Source of the DNA: a virus
IMG/VR virus record: IMGVR_UViG_3300025684_000011
Strand: one strand, 5' to 3'
DNA: 64,000 nt
The position numbers and the translations under genes were made by a program. Positions 48,503 to 57,964 of the stretch are shown here, piece by piece. Position 1 is the stretch's first letter. Every line of letters starts with the position of its first letter. The notes below the pieces were generated by a model that did no database searches, had not been told where the DNA came from, and was given only the letters and a program-made list of their open reading frames with translations.

Positions 48503-49083
48503 GTAGGCCAGACGTAGATATTGACTTTGGTAATCGAGAGGAATTATTGCATATACTAAATGGAGTTCCTGCAATGATTTCTACTAACCAAGGTGCAACT
48601 AAACATAAGACTGGAGTATACTTTCATCCAGTTTCAGTTGATCCATTCACTGGTTGGTGTAACCTAGATCATAAAAAAGCAGAAGATGTAGGGTTCTTTA
48701 AGCTAGACTTACTTAATGTAAGTTTTTATTCTAAAGTAAAAGATAAAGAACAGTTAGATAAATTAATTGCTAAGGAGCCTATTTGGGAGTTATTAACACA
48801 TGATGATTTTTCTAGTCAGCTCTTGCATGTCAACGGACACGGAGATATACTTCGTGCAACAACTCCAACTTCTATTGAACAATTAGCCGCAGTATTAGCA
48901 ATGATACGTCCTGCAAAACGTTATCTTATAAACAAGAATTGGGATACTATAATGAAAGAGGTTTGGGTAAAACCTAAAACTAATGAATATTTCTTTAAGA
49001 AATCTCATGCAACAGCCTATGCTATTATGATTGTAGCACAGATGAATCTACTATGCGAAGAACTAACTAATCCATCTTCTTAA
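48499..49083 (+). CDS. Miniature DNA polymerase III alpha (DnaE)-like nucleotidyltransferase core
   Basis: PDVDIDF, KHKTGVY, GFFKLDLL, LAAVLAMIRP and YFFKKSHATAY in DnaE order within 194 aa. Confidence 0.85.
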   Translation: MSRPDVDIDFGNREELLHILNGVPAMISTNQGATKHKTGVYFHPVSVDPFTGWCNLDHKKAEDVGFFKLDLLNVSFYSKVKDKEQLDKLIAKEPIWELLTHDDFSSQLLHVNGHGDILRATTPTSIEQLAAVLAMIRPAKRYLINKNWDTIMKEVWVKPKTNEYFFKKSHATAYAIMIVAQMNLLCEELTNPSS

Positions 49084-49441
49084 CAAGACTAATTTGACGT
49101 CTTTTAGTTCTTTTTACAATTACATTTTCTAAACTAGTTAAATGTCCAGCCAACATTTCAAAATCTTTGGTGGCATATGTTTGTAAGCAATATGAAAAGT
49201 TTTTCATTGTAGTTCTAAGAACAATATTAATTGGTAGTAACCGATTACTTCCCCACCACCATTCTTCACCTGCTTCAATAAATGCTAATTTCTCTTCTGA
49301 TGTTTTTAAAAGGTCATACCGGTATACTGTAACAACAGTATTATCGCTATTTTGTATGATTCCGACAATTTCCTTATCTGCATAGCGAACTAAACTCATA
49401 AAAGGAAATTCTTCTAAAAATTGCTGTATTTTTGTATCCAT
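49067..49441 (-). CDS. Hypothetical protein
   Basis: 124 aa from ATG 49441 (MDTKIQQFLEEFPF...EEWWWGSNRLLPIN); minus-strand TAAATA at 49453-49458. Confidence 0.7.
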   Translation of the reverse strand: MDTKIQQFLEEFPFMSLVRYADKEIVGIIQNSDNTVVTVYRYDLLKTSEEKLAFIEAGEEWWWGSNRLLPINIVLRTTMKNFSYCLQTYATKDFEMLAGHLTSLENVIVKRTKRRQISLVKKMD

Positions 49442-49503
49442 ATTACTACTTCTATTTAGTAGGAGGACCAGCCGGTTGTTTGTCGTAACTGATAAATAAA
49501 CAT

Positions 49504-50310
49504 ATGGGAACATTAAACTCAACAGTCGCGAAAGCAAACTTAAACTATGCAGGTGCCGGAACTGGTGCTTCGTTAACAAGACATCATGCTTCTTATACAG
49601 ATAGAACTATTAGGTGGTTTCAAGGAGTTGATAATCTATTAGATTTAACAATTTCTGGTAGTGATAGACGACCATTAAGTCTGCTACACAAAGAAGTCAT
49701 GCTTATCCTATGGGATAACTACACCAGCACAACTATATTTAAAAGACGTGCAATTCCAACAGTAGCAGAAAACGGAGAAGCAAGACTAACCATTTATGCA
49801 AGAGATTTAATGACCTCACCACCAGGACGTTATATGTTAAGTGCTACAATAGTAGACGGTAGAGGTCTTGAAACAGCATTAACATGGGATCGTTCACAAC
49901 GGGCTCATTGGGACGTTGAAATTATGGAGGCAGTAGTGCCAATAGGTAGATCTACCTTTGAAATTACAGAATGGCCTCAAGCAGTAACAGGAACAGATTC
50001 GTTTGCAAGTTCATCTACAAACGGTCCATCATATTATAGAAAAGATACCAGTCTATTTTCATCAGCAATATATGCAAGTAACTTTACTGGAACAGTTATA
50101 CTTCAAGGTACTTTAGATGATGTAATCACTGAAGATACTTTATGGGCAGATTTGGTCCCTCAGGATTCAAACACTCCGATAATTACATATACAGGATTCA
50201 CAGGAATTGATCCATTCAATTATTATGCAGGCGTAAGATGGCTTCGTACAATAATCACAACAGATGTCACTAATGCTGGTACATTAGATAAAATCCTAAT
50301 TAGAGTATAA
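49504..50310 (+). CDS. Beta-rich probable virion structural protein
   Basis: 268 aa, Ig/BppU-like strand pattern, FTGTVILQGTL and WLR motifs; late-like box 5 nt upstream. Confidence 0.55.
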   Translation: MGTLNSTVAKANLNYAGAGTGASLTRHHASYTDRTIRWFQGVDNLLDLTISGSDRRPLSLLHKEVMLILWDNYTSTTIFKRRAIPTVAENGEARLTIYARDLMTSPPGRYMLSATIVDGRGLETALTWDRSQRAHWDVEIMEAVVPIGRSTFEITEWPQAVTGTDSFASSSTNGPSYYRKDTSLFSSAIYASNFTGTVILQGTLDDVITEDTLWADLVPQDSNTPIITYTGFTGIDPFNYYAGVRWLRTIITTDVTNAGTLDKILIRV

Positions 50311-50311
50311 A

Positions 50312-50500
50312 ATGAAATTTAAAAAACGTGAATTAACAGACCTCGAGAACCGTCTGGTGGCTTTAGCTACGATACCTACATCTTTAGGAATATATTATCT
50401 ATTTCTTTTGTATATAATACCTTGGTTGTATGAACAATGGCCTATATTACAACATTACTTTTCAATGAAAATAGATCAAAACGGAATACATTTCTCTTGA
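50312..50500 (+). CDS. Small membrane protein
   Basis: 62 aa with one hydrophobic helix. Confidence 0.5.
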   Translation: MKFKKRELTDLENRLVALATIPTSLGIYYLFLLYIIPWLYEQWPILQHYFSMKIDQNGIHFS

Positions 50501-50525
50501 CATTCACCCAATAATATACTATAAT
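50497..50525 (+). promoter_or_regulatory. Consensus sigma70 promoter; primase ATG at predicted +1
   Basis: TTGACA-17nt-TATAAT-6nt-ATG. Confidence 0.85.
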
Positions 50526-50531
50526 AGTATT

Positions 50532-51491
50532 ATGAATGTTGTAGAGTCTACACTCCGAGGTAATCTTCCTCCTTTAAAAACAAATAGTAGCGGTTGGCTG
50601 ACTATGAATTGTCCTATGTGCATTCACAACGGAGAAAGCCGTCCTGATTCAAAAGGAAGAGGCGGTTGGCGTTTTGATAATGACAAAACAGCATACCATT
50701 GTTTTAACTGTGGGTATACAACTGGTTGGCGACCTGGAAGTAAGTTAGGTTTCAAGTTAATTAAGTTGATGCGAATATTAGGCATTGACGAAGCTGAAAT
50801 ACAACGACTTAAAATTTTGTTATGGGATCAAGTTATTGAGGAAGTAGCAGAAGAAGAACAAGAAGTGTTTAATAAGGAATGGCCAGAAATTCCATATCCT
50901 TTTGAACTAACAGATTTAAGAGACGAGGCTGTTGAGTACCTAACAGGTAGAGGTATATTTGAATTAGCAAAGTGGGAGCAAACAGATCAAATAGGAATGA
51001 AACAACGTATTATTTTACCTTATACAGATAATTCAAAAGTAGTTGGTTATATGGCACGTTGGATAGGCGATCCTCCTAAAGGAACTGCTAAGATGTTAAG
51101 AAAGTCTCCAGATGAATTTGTTTTTAACTTAGATAAGCAACCAAAGAAACGTAAATATACAATAGTATGCGAAGGTGAATATGATGCCTTAGCAATAGGC
51201 GGTGTTGCTATACTATCTAATAAAATTAGCAAATATCAAGCACAACTAATTGAGGATTTAGATACAGAACCGGTAATGTTAGCAGACAAAGATCCAGGTG
51301 GTAAGTCGTTAGTTGAAGATGCAATTAACTTAGGATGGAATGTTAGTTTCCCAGACTGGCCAGCAGGAATAAAAGATGCAAATGAGGCAATATTGCATTT
51401 TGGAAGAGTAGCAACCTTGCAAAGTATATTAATGGCGATTGAACACTCGCCTTTGAAGGTTAAATTATTAATGAGGAGATGGTGTGTATAG
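50532..51491 (+). CDS. DNA primase (T4 gp61-like)
   Basis: Zn ribbon CPMC...HCFNCG; TOPRIM CEGEYDA and ADKD; KDANE. Confidence 0.9.
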   Translation: MNVVESTLRGNLPPLKTNSSGWLTMNCPMCIHNGESRPDSKGRGGWRFDNDKTAYHCFNCGYTTGWRPGSKLGFKLIKLMRILGIDEAEIQRLKILLWDQVIEEVAEEEQEVFNKEWPEIPYPFELTDLRDEAVEYLTGRGIFELAKWEQTDQIGMKQRIILPYTDNSKVVGYMARWIGDPPKGTAKMLRKSPDEFVFNLDKQPKKRKYTIVCEGEYDALAIGGVAILSNKISKYQAQLIEDLDTEPVMLADKDPGGKSLVEDAINLGWNVSFPDWPAGIKDANEAILHFGRVATLQSILMAIEHSPLKVKLLMRRWCV

Positions 51492-51717
51492 TTTAACGTT
51501 GATCTGGAAAGAAGGACAAAATGATAATGCCTTTTGGGAAGAGGTAATCTTATGGATGACTACAGAATTTGGGTTACCCTCATATAAAGTAAGTAATTGG
51601 AAGGCTACCCCAACGTTACGTTGGGCATATCAATCATCGCTGGACGAGATGAGATTTAAATTCCGTAATAAAGAAGACCAAATGTTAGCAAAACTTAGAT
51701 GGGGCAATGATGGCTGA
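51484..51717 (+). CDS. Small hypothetical protein
   Basis: 77 aa, GTG start after GAGGAG, overlaps both neighbours. Confidence 0.6.
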   Translation: MYSLTLIWKEGQNDNAFWEEVILWMTTEFGLPSYKVSNWKATPTLRWAYQSSLDEMRFKFRNKEDQMLAKLRWGNDG

Positions 51718-53104
51718 AAATGAAATTAAAGAATATAGTTACGAATTACAGAAACTTTTTTTAGAGTTTCTTATTTCTAGCAGGGACTTGGCGGCTAGGT
51801 GTAATAATGTATTAGATCCAGAATACTTTGATCGTAGATTGCGACCAGCGGCAACATTTATTAAAGAATACATTACAGAACATAGTAACGTACCTGATGC
51901 AAAACAACTTTCAGCAGTTACTACTATAGAAATACAGGAAATTGGCGATAAAGCAGAAGAACATAAAAATTGGTTCTTAGATGAGTTTGAAGGATTTTCT
52001 AGACATAAAGCATTAGAAGGTGCAATTCTAACTAGTGCTGACTTGTTAGAAAAAAGCAATTACGGAGAAGTTGAAAACTTAATTAAAGCCGCAGTACAGG
52101 TTGGCCTTCCAAAAACATTTGGCACAAATTACTTTGAAAATCCTAAGTCCAGATTAGAAGGGCTTAAAGATGCAAATGGACAGTTAACAACCGGTTGGGC
52201 AACTGTTGATAATAAGCTATATGGTGGATTTAATAGAGGAGAACTAAACATTTTTGCAGGTGCATCTGGTGCTGGTAAAAGTTTGTTCTTACAAAACTTA
52301 GGACTAAACTGGGCAAAAGCAGGACTGAATACTGTTTACTTTAGTTTAGAGCTTAGTGAGGGCTTATGTTCTATGAGAATGGACGCAATGTTAACTGGAA
52401 CATCTACTAGAGATGTTTACAAGAAAATTGATGACATTGATTTAAAAGTTCGTATGATTGGTAAAAAAGCAGGGTGTCTACAAATTGTACAGTTACCAAA
52501 TAGTGTTACTGCAAACGATTTATTAGCATGGATTAGAGAATTTCAAACACAACGTAAGATACATGTTGATGCAATACTTGTAGATTACTTAGACTTAATG
52601 ATGCCAGCAGGACAAAAAATTAGTGTTGCTGATTTGTACATTAAAGATAAGATTGTTAGTGAGGAATTAAGAAACTTAGCAGTTACTGAAAATCTATTAT
52701 TTGCAACTGCATCTCAGTTAAACAGAAGTGCGGTAGAAAGTGTTGAATTTGACCATAGTATGATTGCTGGTGGTTTAAGTAAGATACAAACGGCAGACAA
52801 TGTGTTTGGTATCTATAGTACTCCAAGTATGCGAGAAAGAAATAGAGTACAACTACAGTTTATGAAGACAAGAAGCAGTAGTGCAGTAGGACAAAAACTT
52901 GAATTAGACTTTGATCCAACAACATTGCTAATTTCTGATTTAGCAGATGATGCTGAACCGATTGCAAATTCGGCAACTACGGTGTTTAATAAATTGCATA
53001 AAACATCTAGTACAATAATTTCGTCAGCAGAGCAACCACAAGCAACATCTTCTTCTGTTAATAGGGATAAACTTAGAGGATTAGGATTAACGAGAGATGT
53101 CTAA
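51707..53104 (+). CDS. Replicative DnaB-like helicase (T4 gp41-like)
   Basis: GASGAGKS Walker A, SLEL.E, VDYLDLM, TASQLNR, K..TAD and KTR motifs. Confidence 0.93.
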   Translation: MMAENEIKEYSYELQKLFLEFLISSRDLAARCNNVLDPEYFDRRLRPAATFIKEYITEHSNVPDAKQLSAVTTIEIQEIGDKAEEHKNWFLDEFEGFSRHKALEGAILTSADLLEKSNYGEVENLIKAAVQVGLPKTFGTNYFENPKSRLEGLKDANGQLTTGWATVDNKLYGGFNRGELNIFAGASGAGKSLFLQNLGLNWAKAGLNTVYFSLELSEGLCSMRMDAMLTGTSTRDVYKKIDDIDLKVRMIGKKAGCLQIVQLPNSVTANDLLAWIREFQTQRKIHVDAILVDYLDLMMPAGQKISVADLYIKDKIVSEELRNLAVTENLLFATASQLNRSAVESVEFDHSMIAGGLSKIQTADNVFGIYSTPSMRERNRVQLQFMKTRSSSAVGQKLELDFDPTTLLISDLADDAEPIANSATTVFNKLHKTSSTIISSAEQPQATSSSVNRDKLRGLGLTRDV

Positions 53105-53587
53105 ATTTTCTTTTTCATCTCTTGGTGGAACAATATCTGGAGTTTCTTCAGCAGTCTCACCGTCATCAAATTCTACGTTTTTATCATCTTTAGCATCTGA
53201 TGTTGCGGATAGGTTATAATTCTGAATGGTATTCCTTAATCTAATAGTTAATGCGGCATCATCAGCAATAATATCAGCCATTGCTATAAAAGCAACTGTA
53301 ATTAATTTCATTTCGCTTGTTCCCATAGGAGCACCACTTCGCATTTTGTTTAATGCTTGTACAAACCTAGATTGTAATTCATCACTAACTAAAGGTCTTA
53401 ATGTAATTTTTAAGCGATTTAATTCAGTAGTAGTAATGTCATGGGATACATTGCCTGTTGTTTTTGATACTTTTTCCTTAGGAGGATTGTTACCAACTGA
53501 TCCGTCAGCACCTGATGTTGATGAAAAATCTTCGTTAATAACAGATAAACGATTAATAAATTCACGTATTTCTTGGGCAGATGTCAT
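53087..53587 (-). CDS. Hypothetical probable virion protein
   Basis: 166 aa, SD GGAG, minus-strand TAAATA at 53612-53617. Confidence 0.7.
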   Translation of the reverse strand: MTSAQEIREFINRLSVINEDFSSTSGADGSVGNNPPKEKVSKTTGNVSHDITTTELNRLKITLRPLVSDELQSRFVQALNKMRSGAPMGTSEMKLITVAFIAMADIIADDAALTIRLRNTIQNYNLSATSDAKDDKNVEFDDGETAEETPDIVPPRDEKENLDISR

Positions 53588-53634
53588 GTTTTCAAATGTC
53601 TCCTATGAATGTATTTACCATAAATAGAGTTACT

Positions 53635-53889
53635 ATGCAAATAAAAACGAAATCAATTCTAGAAGAAATTACAACGATTGTTCCTAAAAAGGACAAGCAT
53701 TTAATGGTAGAAGGTCTTGCAGTACAAGCTCTTGCTAGAATATCAAACTTGATGAGGGTCATTGAAACTTCATATCCGCCGGATCAAGCACAAGATTTAA
53801 CCAGACGTTTGCAACTAGCTATTAAAAATGGAGATCCTAAGAAGTTCACTCGAGGTGTTAGGATAATTAAAGAAAACGAAAATAAATAA
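53635..53889 (+). CDS. Small helical hypothetical protein
   Basis: 84 aa from ATG 53635 after TAAATA 53621. Confidence 0.7.
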   Translation: MQIKTKSILEEITTIVPKKDKHLMVEGLAVQALARISNLMRVIETSYPPDQAQDLTRRLQLAIKNGDPKKFTRGVRIIKENENK

Positions 53890-53894
53890 ACAAA

Positions 53895-55175
53895 ATGAAG
53901 ATTAAAGACTTAAATGAAAATGATAACTTTCAGATTGACGAAGGCGTATTTGGCGATTTAGCAAAACGAGTAGTTAACAAAACAAAAGATGTTGCTAACG
54001 GTGTTGGACTTGCTGTTCGCGGACAAGGAGCCAACGAGTTTGCTAAACTTACTAACCTAATTGATCAAAAAGCAGTACAGATGTTTAATACTGCTAGACC
54101 AGGCGAAAAAGATGCAACTGGTAAAGACTTACCTTTAGGTGATATCGTAAAGATGGTTGGTAAAGCAATTATGCAGGCAACTAACAATGCAGTTGGTACA
54201 AAACAGTTATTAGTTTATATCAAAGAAAATAAAAGAGAAATTATTAAGAACGTTAATGTAGCAGATAGAGGCGCCGCTGGAGCAGATCAAATGATTCAGT
54301 TAATGTTACAAGGTGGTAGTGCTACAGCACCTGAAGGCTTTGGTGTTGAAGAATGTGTTAGATCAATTTCATTGATTTTTTCTGTTACATTTTTACATAT
54401 GCAAATCGAAATGGGACAACCTGGACAAGATCAACAGGCAGGCGGACCTACACAAACACCAAGTGAAGCTGAAAAGGCAATGGATGATAACCCAGAGTAC
54501 CAAACAGAATTAAAAACATTCGAACAATTAACTACTAAACTTGCCGGAGAGTTATATACACCTGGTAATGCATTCTTAGCAAACATACAAGCAAATAATG
54601 AATTTCCTGCAAAGCAAGAAGCATTTATTGTTGGATATGCAACAGCCGTTAAAGCAAAATACTTTAATGCAGATTTAAAAGCATTGGAAACTGCCGCAAA
54701 CTCAACTACACCAGAATCAGTTATTGACGACAACCAATGGAGAGCATCTTTCTTTGGACATATTTCTCCGCAAGTAGCTCAGCAAGTACAACAAAATGCA
54801 GACGTTACATCAGCAATACAAACTTTTAAAAATGATTTAGATTCTATTACTACTTCTTTTGCTAAATTAGCATTTATTGAAAAGACAGTAAACGAAGTAG
54901 CAAATGTTGACGCAACAATGAAAAAATTAATTGACTGGGTTGAAAAAGCAATTTCGCTTATTAAGACATTACAATTAGGTAAAGCAGGCGGAGGAGCAAC
55001 AAGTGCCACAACACCACAAGCTGGTAAACCTGATGACGAAGAAGTTTCTAGTACTACTCAAGGTGGTCCAATAGACGATCCAAATCTACCTAACTGGGAA
55101 AAGGTTAAAATGGGATATGATGCATTAGATGCACAAGGGCAAGAAGCATTAGTAAAGGCATTGTTTAACAAATGA
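53895..55175 (+). CDS. Putative internal virion protein
   Basis: 426 aa, MKIKDLNE...IDEG N-terminus, Ala/Gln-rich helical. Confidence 0.5.
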   Translation: MKIKDLNENDNFQIDEGVFGDLAKRVVNKTKDVANGVGLAVRGQGANEFAKLTNLIDQKAVQMFNTARPGEKDATGKDLPLGDIVKMVGKAIMQATNNAVGTKQLLVYIKENKREIIKNVNVADRGAAGADQMIQLMLQGGSATAPEGFGVEECVRSISLIFSVTFLHMQIEMGQPGQDQQAGGPTQTPSEAEKAMDDNPEYQTELKTFEQLTTKLAGELYTPGNAFLANIQANNEFPAKQEAFIVGYATAVKAKYFNADLKALETAANSTTPESVIDDNQWRASFFGHISPQVAQQVQQNADVTSAIQTFKNDLDSITTSFAKLAFIEKTVNEVANVDATMKKLIDWVEKAISLIKTLQLGKAGGGATSATTPQAGKPDDEEVSSTTQGGPIDDPNLPNWEKVKMGYDALDAQGQEALVKALFNK

Positions 55176-56791
55176 AAATAAAAAATATAAACAAAAGAAC
55201 AGCATTACTTGAAAGTGTATGTTATGATTTAGATAAAGAGCAACGATATATTGTTGAAGGAGTAGTATCAGCCTGGGACGATTTACTTGAGGTTGAGTTA
55301 AGACAAGATCAAATCAATAACTTATTTCCTTTAGTACAAAAGTTATCAGACGAAACAGGTAAAAATAGAACGGCAGTAGGATTAACAAAAGATAAAATTG
55401 TAGATACAACAAAAGCCGCTAATGAATATTTAAATAAAGTTGGAAAATTATTACAAGATACAAAACCAGTAGAAAATTTTGATAATAAATTTGAAAAATT
55501 AAAAACAGATATTAAAACTAAACTAGGTGCAGATAGCAAAATTACCACTGGGATAGAAAATTTAGGCAAATATGCTAAAATGAACCCTGGTAAAACAGCA
55601 TTCGCTATTGGTGTTATGACTGCCTTAGTTGGTATTTCAACTGGTGGAAGTGCAATAGCTATTGGTGTTGCCGCTACACTCTTAAAAGGTTCTGTTGAAG
55701 TACTCAAAGGAGAGAAATTATCTACCGCTGTTGGAAAAGGATTAAAGACAGGTGTTATTTCTGGACTTGCCGCAGGTGCATTTAATGCAGTTGGCGATTG
55801 GTTGTCAGGTTTACAGGCAGAGGTTGTACCATTTGAAGGATTAGATCAAATTACTTTTGATGTATCAGGTACAGATGTAATGCCAGGATTTGAATGGAAA
55901 GGCTCTATGAGTTTTGAGAATCTAACCGTTCTTCCTTCTGATGCAGATTTAGCTGGACAGTTAGTAGCAGAGTTTGCTAAAGGAGATGCATCAGCATTTG
56001 ATGCCTTAGCAGAATTGGCAAAGAAGTCGTTTACACCAGAGTATACAGAGCAAATGGCACAATTTGTATCAAATGCAAAAGACATTGCTTTACAAAATGA
56101 TGCAACTTATCAAGCCATTGTACAAATTCAACAAGGAATAGCATCAGCCGCCGGCGGTGCAGTAGCAGGTAAGAGTGTAAGTGATGATAGAGGAGAAGAT
56201 CAACAAGAGTTATTTCAATCGTATACTAATAATGGAATTTTATTAACAGAAAGAAGAATTGAAAGATTGTTTGATACTGTAGGGTATTACAATACAAATC
56301 CAAATATTGAATTTTTAGGCGAAGGACCAGTTTGGGATACCATTAAGAAAGATGCTATTGCAAAAGCAAAAGAACTTGCTAAGCCAACTGTAGATAAAGC
56401 TAAAACAGTTAGCGGAAATACAATGAATGTTGTTACAGCAGATAAACTTAAAAAAGCATGGAAGACAGCAGGAAGTCCAACTGACAGTGAAGTGCTTGCA
56501 AGGTTCTTAGAAAAAAATAAAGTATCTCCTGACGTTATTGCAAGTGCCTATAAAGATTTAAAACTTCCAGATCCAAATGACGATTCGTCACCAGAAGAAA
56601 AAGAAGAGAAGGAGTTAGCACTCCGTAAAACTCCACAGATGAAAGACGGACAATATGAGTTAGATCTTGCTTCATTGCCACCAGCAGTAAGGCAAGCAAC
56701 AAGCAATTTATGGGACGAGTTTAATAAACTTACTCCACAGGAACAAGAAAAGTTTAAAGCAGATCTAAAGAAATCGGAAAACATAACATGA
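55172..56791 (+). CDS. Putative internal/ejection virion protein with hydrophobic glycine-zipper-like helices
   Basis: 539 aa; AFAIGVMTALVGISTGGSAIAIGVAATLL hydrophobic segment. Confidence 0.5.
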   Translation: MKIKNINKRTALLESVCYDLDKEQRYIVEGVVSAWDDLLEVELRQDQINNLFPLVQKLSDETGKNRTAVGLTKDKIVDTTKAANEYLNKVGKLLQDTKPVENFDNKFEKLKTDIKTKLGADSKITTGIENLGKYAKMNPGKTAFAIGVMTALVGISTGGSAIAIGVAATLLKGSVEVLKGEKLSTAVGKGLKTGVISGLAAGAFNAVGDWLSGLQAEVVPFEGLDQITFDVSGTDVMPGFEWKGSMSFENLTVLPSDADLAGQLVAEFAKGDASAFDALAELAKKSFTPEYTEQMAQFVSNAKDIALQNDATYQAIVQIQQGIASAAGGAVAGKSVSDDRGEDQQELFQSYTNNGILLTERRIERLFDTVGYYNTNPNIEFLGEGPVWDTIKKDAIAKAKELAKPTVDKAKTVSGNTMNVVTADKLKKAWKTAGSPTDSEVLARFLEKNKVSPDVIASAYKDLKLPDPNDDSSPEEKEEKELALRKTPQMKDGQYELDLASLPPAVRQATSNLWDEFNKLTPQEQEKFKADLKKSENIT

Positions 56792-57960
56792 AGATAAATG
56801 AAGTTATAATACAACATAAAAAAGTAATAACAGAAGCAAAAGCAAGAATTGATCATCCTGAAGATATTATCTTTGATGACAACGGAACACAAGGTGCAAT
56901 GAGAGCTCTTGATGCGATGGTACATGCTTCGCAAAATCACGGAGAGACAACTTCAATCAAATGGGACGGAAGCCCAGCAGTAATTTTTGGATGGATGGAT
57001 AAAAATTCTTTTATTGTAACAGATAAAGCAGGCATGGGTGCAAAGAAATATGACGGAAAGCCTACTAGTGCCGCAGATGTACAGTCTATGATTTTTAACA
57101 GAAGGCCAGACGAAGAAGGTAGGCAGTATTATGCAAATAAGTTTGCAAGCATATATGAACTGTTAAAGAAGGCAACTCCAAAGAGTCTAGTTGGCCAAAT
57201 GATACAAGGTGATTTACTTTATATGAGTGCTGATGATATTGTTCATACAGACGAAGATGTTACATTTGGTCCAGTTAAAGTTAGATATACAATTGACAAA
57301 GATAATCCAGTAGGTGCTAGGATTGCCAAAAGCCAATGTGGTATAGCAGTACATAGTGTTTATGATTCTGTTGAATCTGCTAGTGCCGCAGACGGAGAAC
57401 CATCACCGGTAACTCCTAAATCTTTAGGATTGAAGGATAGTCCAAAATTAGTAATATTTGGTCCAGAAACACAGATACCAACAGATACTGAAATTTCATT
57501 ACCGATGGCAGAAGTAGAATCCTTAAGAAACTTAATTAAAAGCGGTCCAGCACAACTAATTGATGATATGTTAGATCCGTTTACTATGGGTAGTCTTAAA
57601 ATAGCAAACTTACCAGAGTTATTTAAAAAGTTTGTAAACTTTAAAGCCAGAGGCGGAGAAGATATTGGCTCTGCACCTGAATTAGCAAATGAATTTATCA
57701 AATGGGTCGAAGGTCCAGCAGGATTAACAGACAATAAGAAGAAAAATGTGTTATCGCACCTAGAACAATATAAAGCACCTTTTGAAATGGCTTGGCGTAT
57801 TGTTTCTGCACTAAGTAATATAAAGCATACAATTAAGGATCAGTTAGATACTCATGTAACTGGAATTAGAACAAACAAAGGCCACGAAGGTTTTGTATCT
57901 GCTACACCGCATGGTAAGATTAAATTTGTTAATCGACCAAACTTTATGAAGAAGGATTAA
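56788..57960 (+). CDS. Ligase-superfamily covalent nucleotidyltransferase-like protein (DUF6267-like)
   Basis: IKWDGSPA (motif I KxDG), QGDLLY, HEGFV (motif IV), IKFVNR (motif V). Confidence 0.6.
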   Translation: MKINEVIIQHKKVITEAKARIDHPEDIIFDDNGTQGAMRALDAMVHASQNHGETTSIKWDGSPAVIFGWMDKNSFIVTDKAGMGAKKYDGKPTSAADVQSMIFNRRPDEEGRQYYANKFASIYELLKKATPKSLVGQMIQGDLLYMSADDIVHTDEDVTFGPVKVRYTIDKDNPVGARIAKSQCGIAVHSVYDSVESASAADGEPSPVTPKSLGLKDSPKLVIFGPETQIPTDTEISLPMAEVESLRNLIKSGPAQLIDDMLDPFTMGSLKIANLPELFKKFVNFKARGGEDIGSAPELANEFIKWVEGPAGLTDNKKKNVLSHLEQYKAPFEMAWRIVSALSNIKHTIKDQLDTHVTGIRTNKGHEGFVSATPHGKIKFVNRPNFMKKD

Positions 57961-57964
57961 AGAC

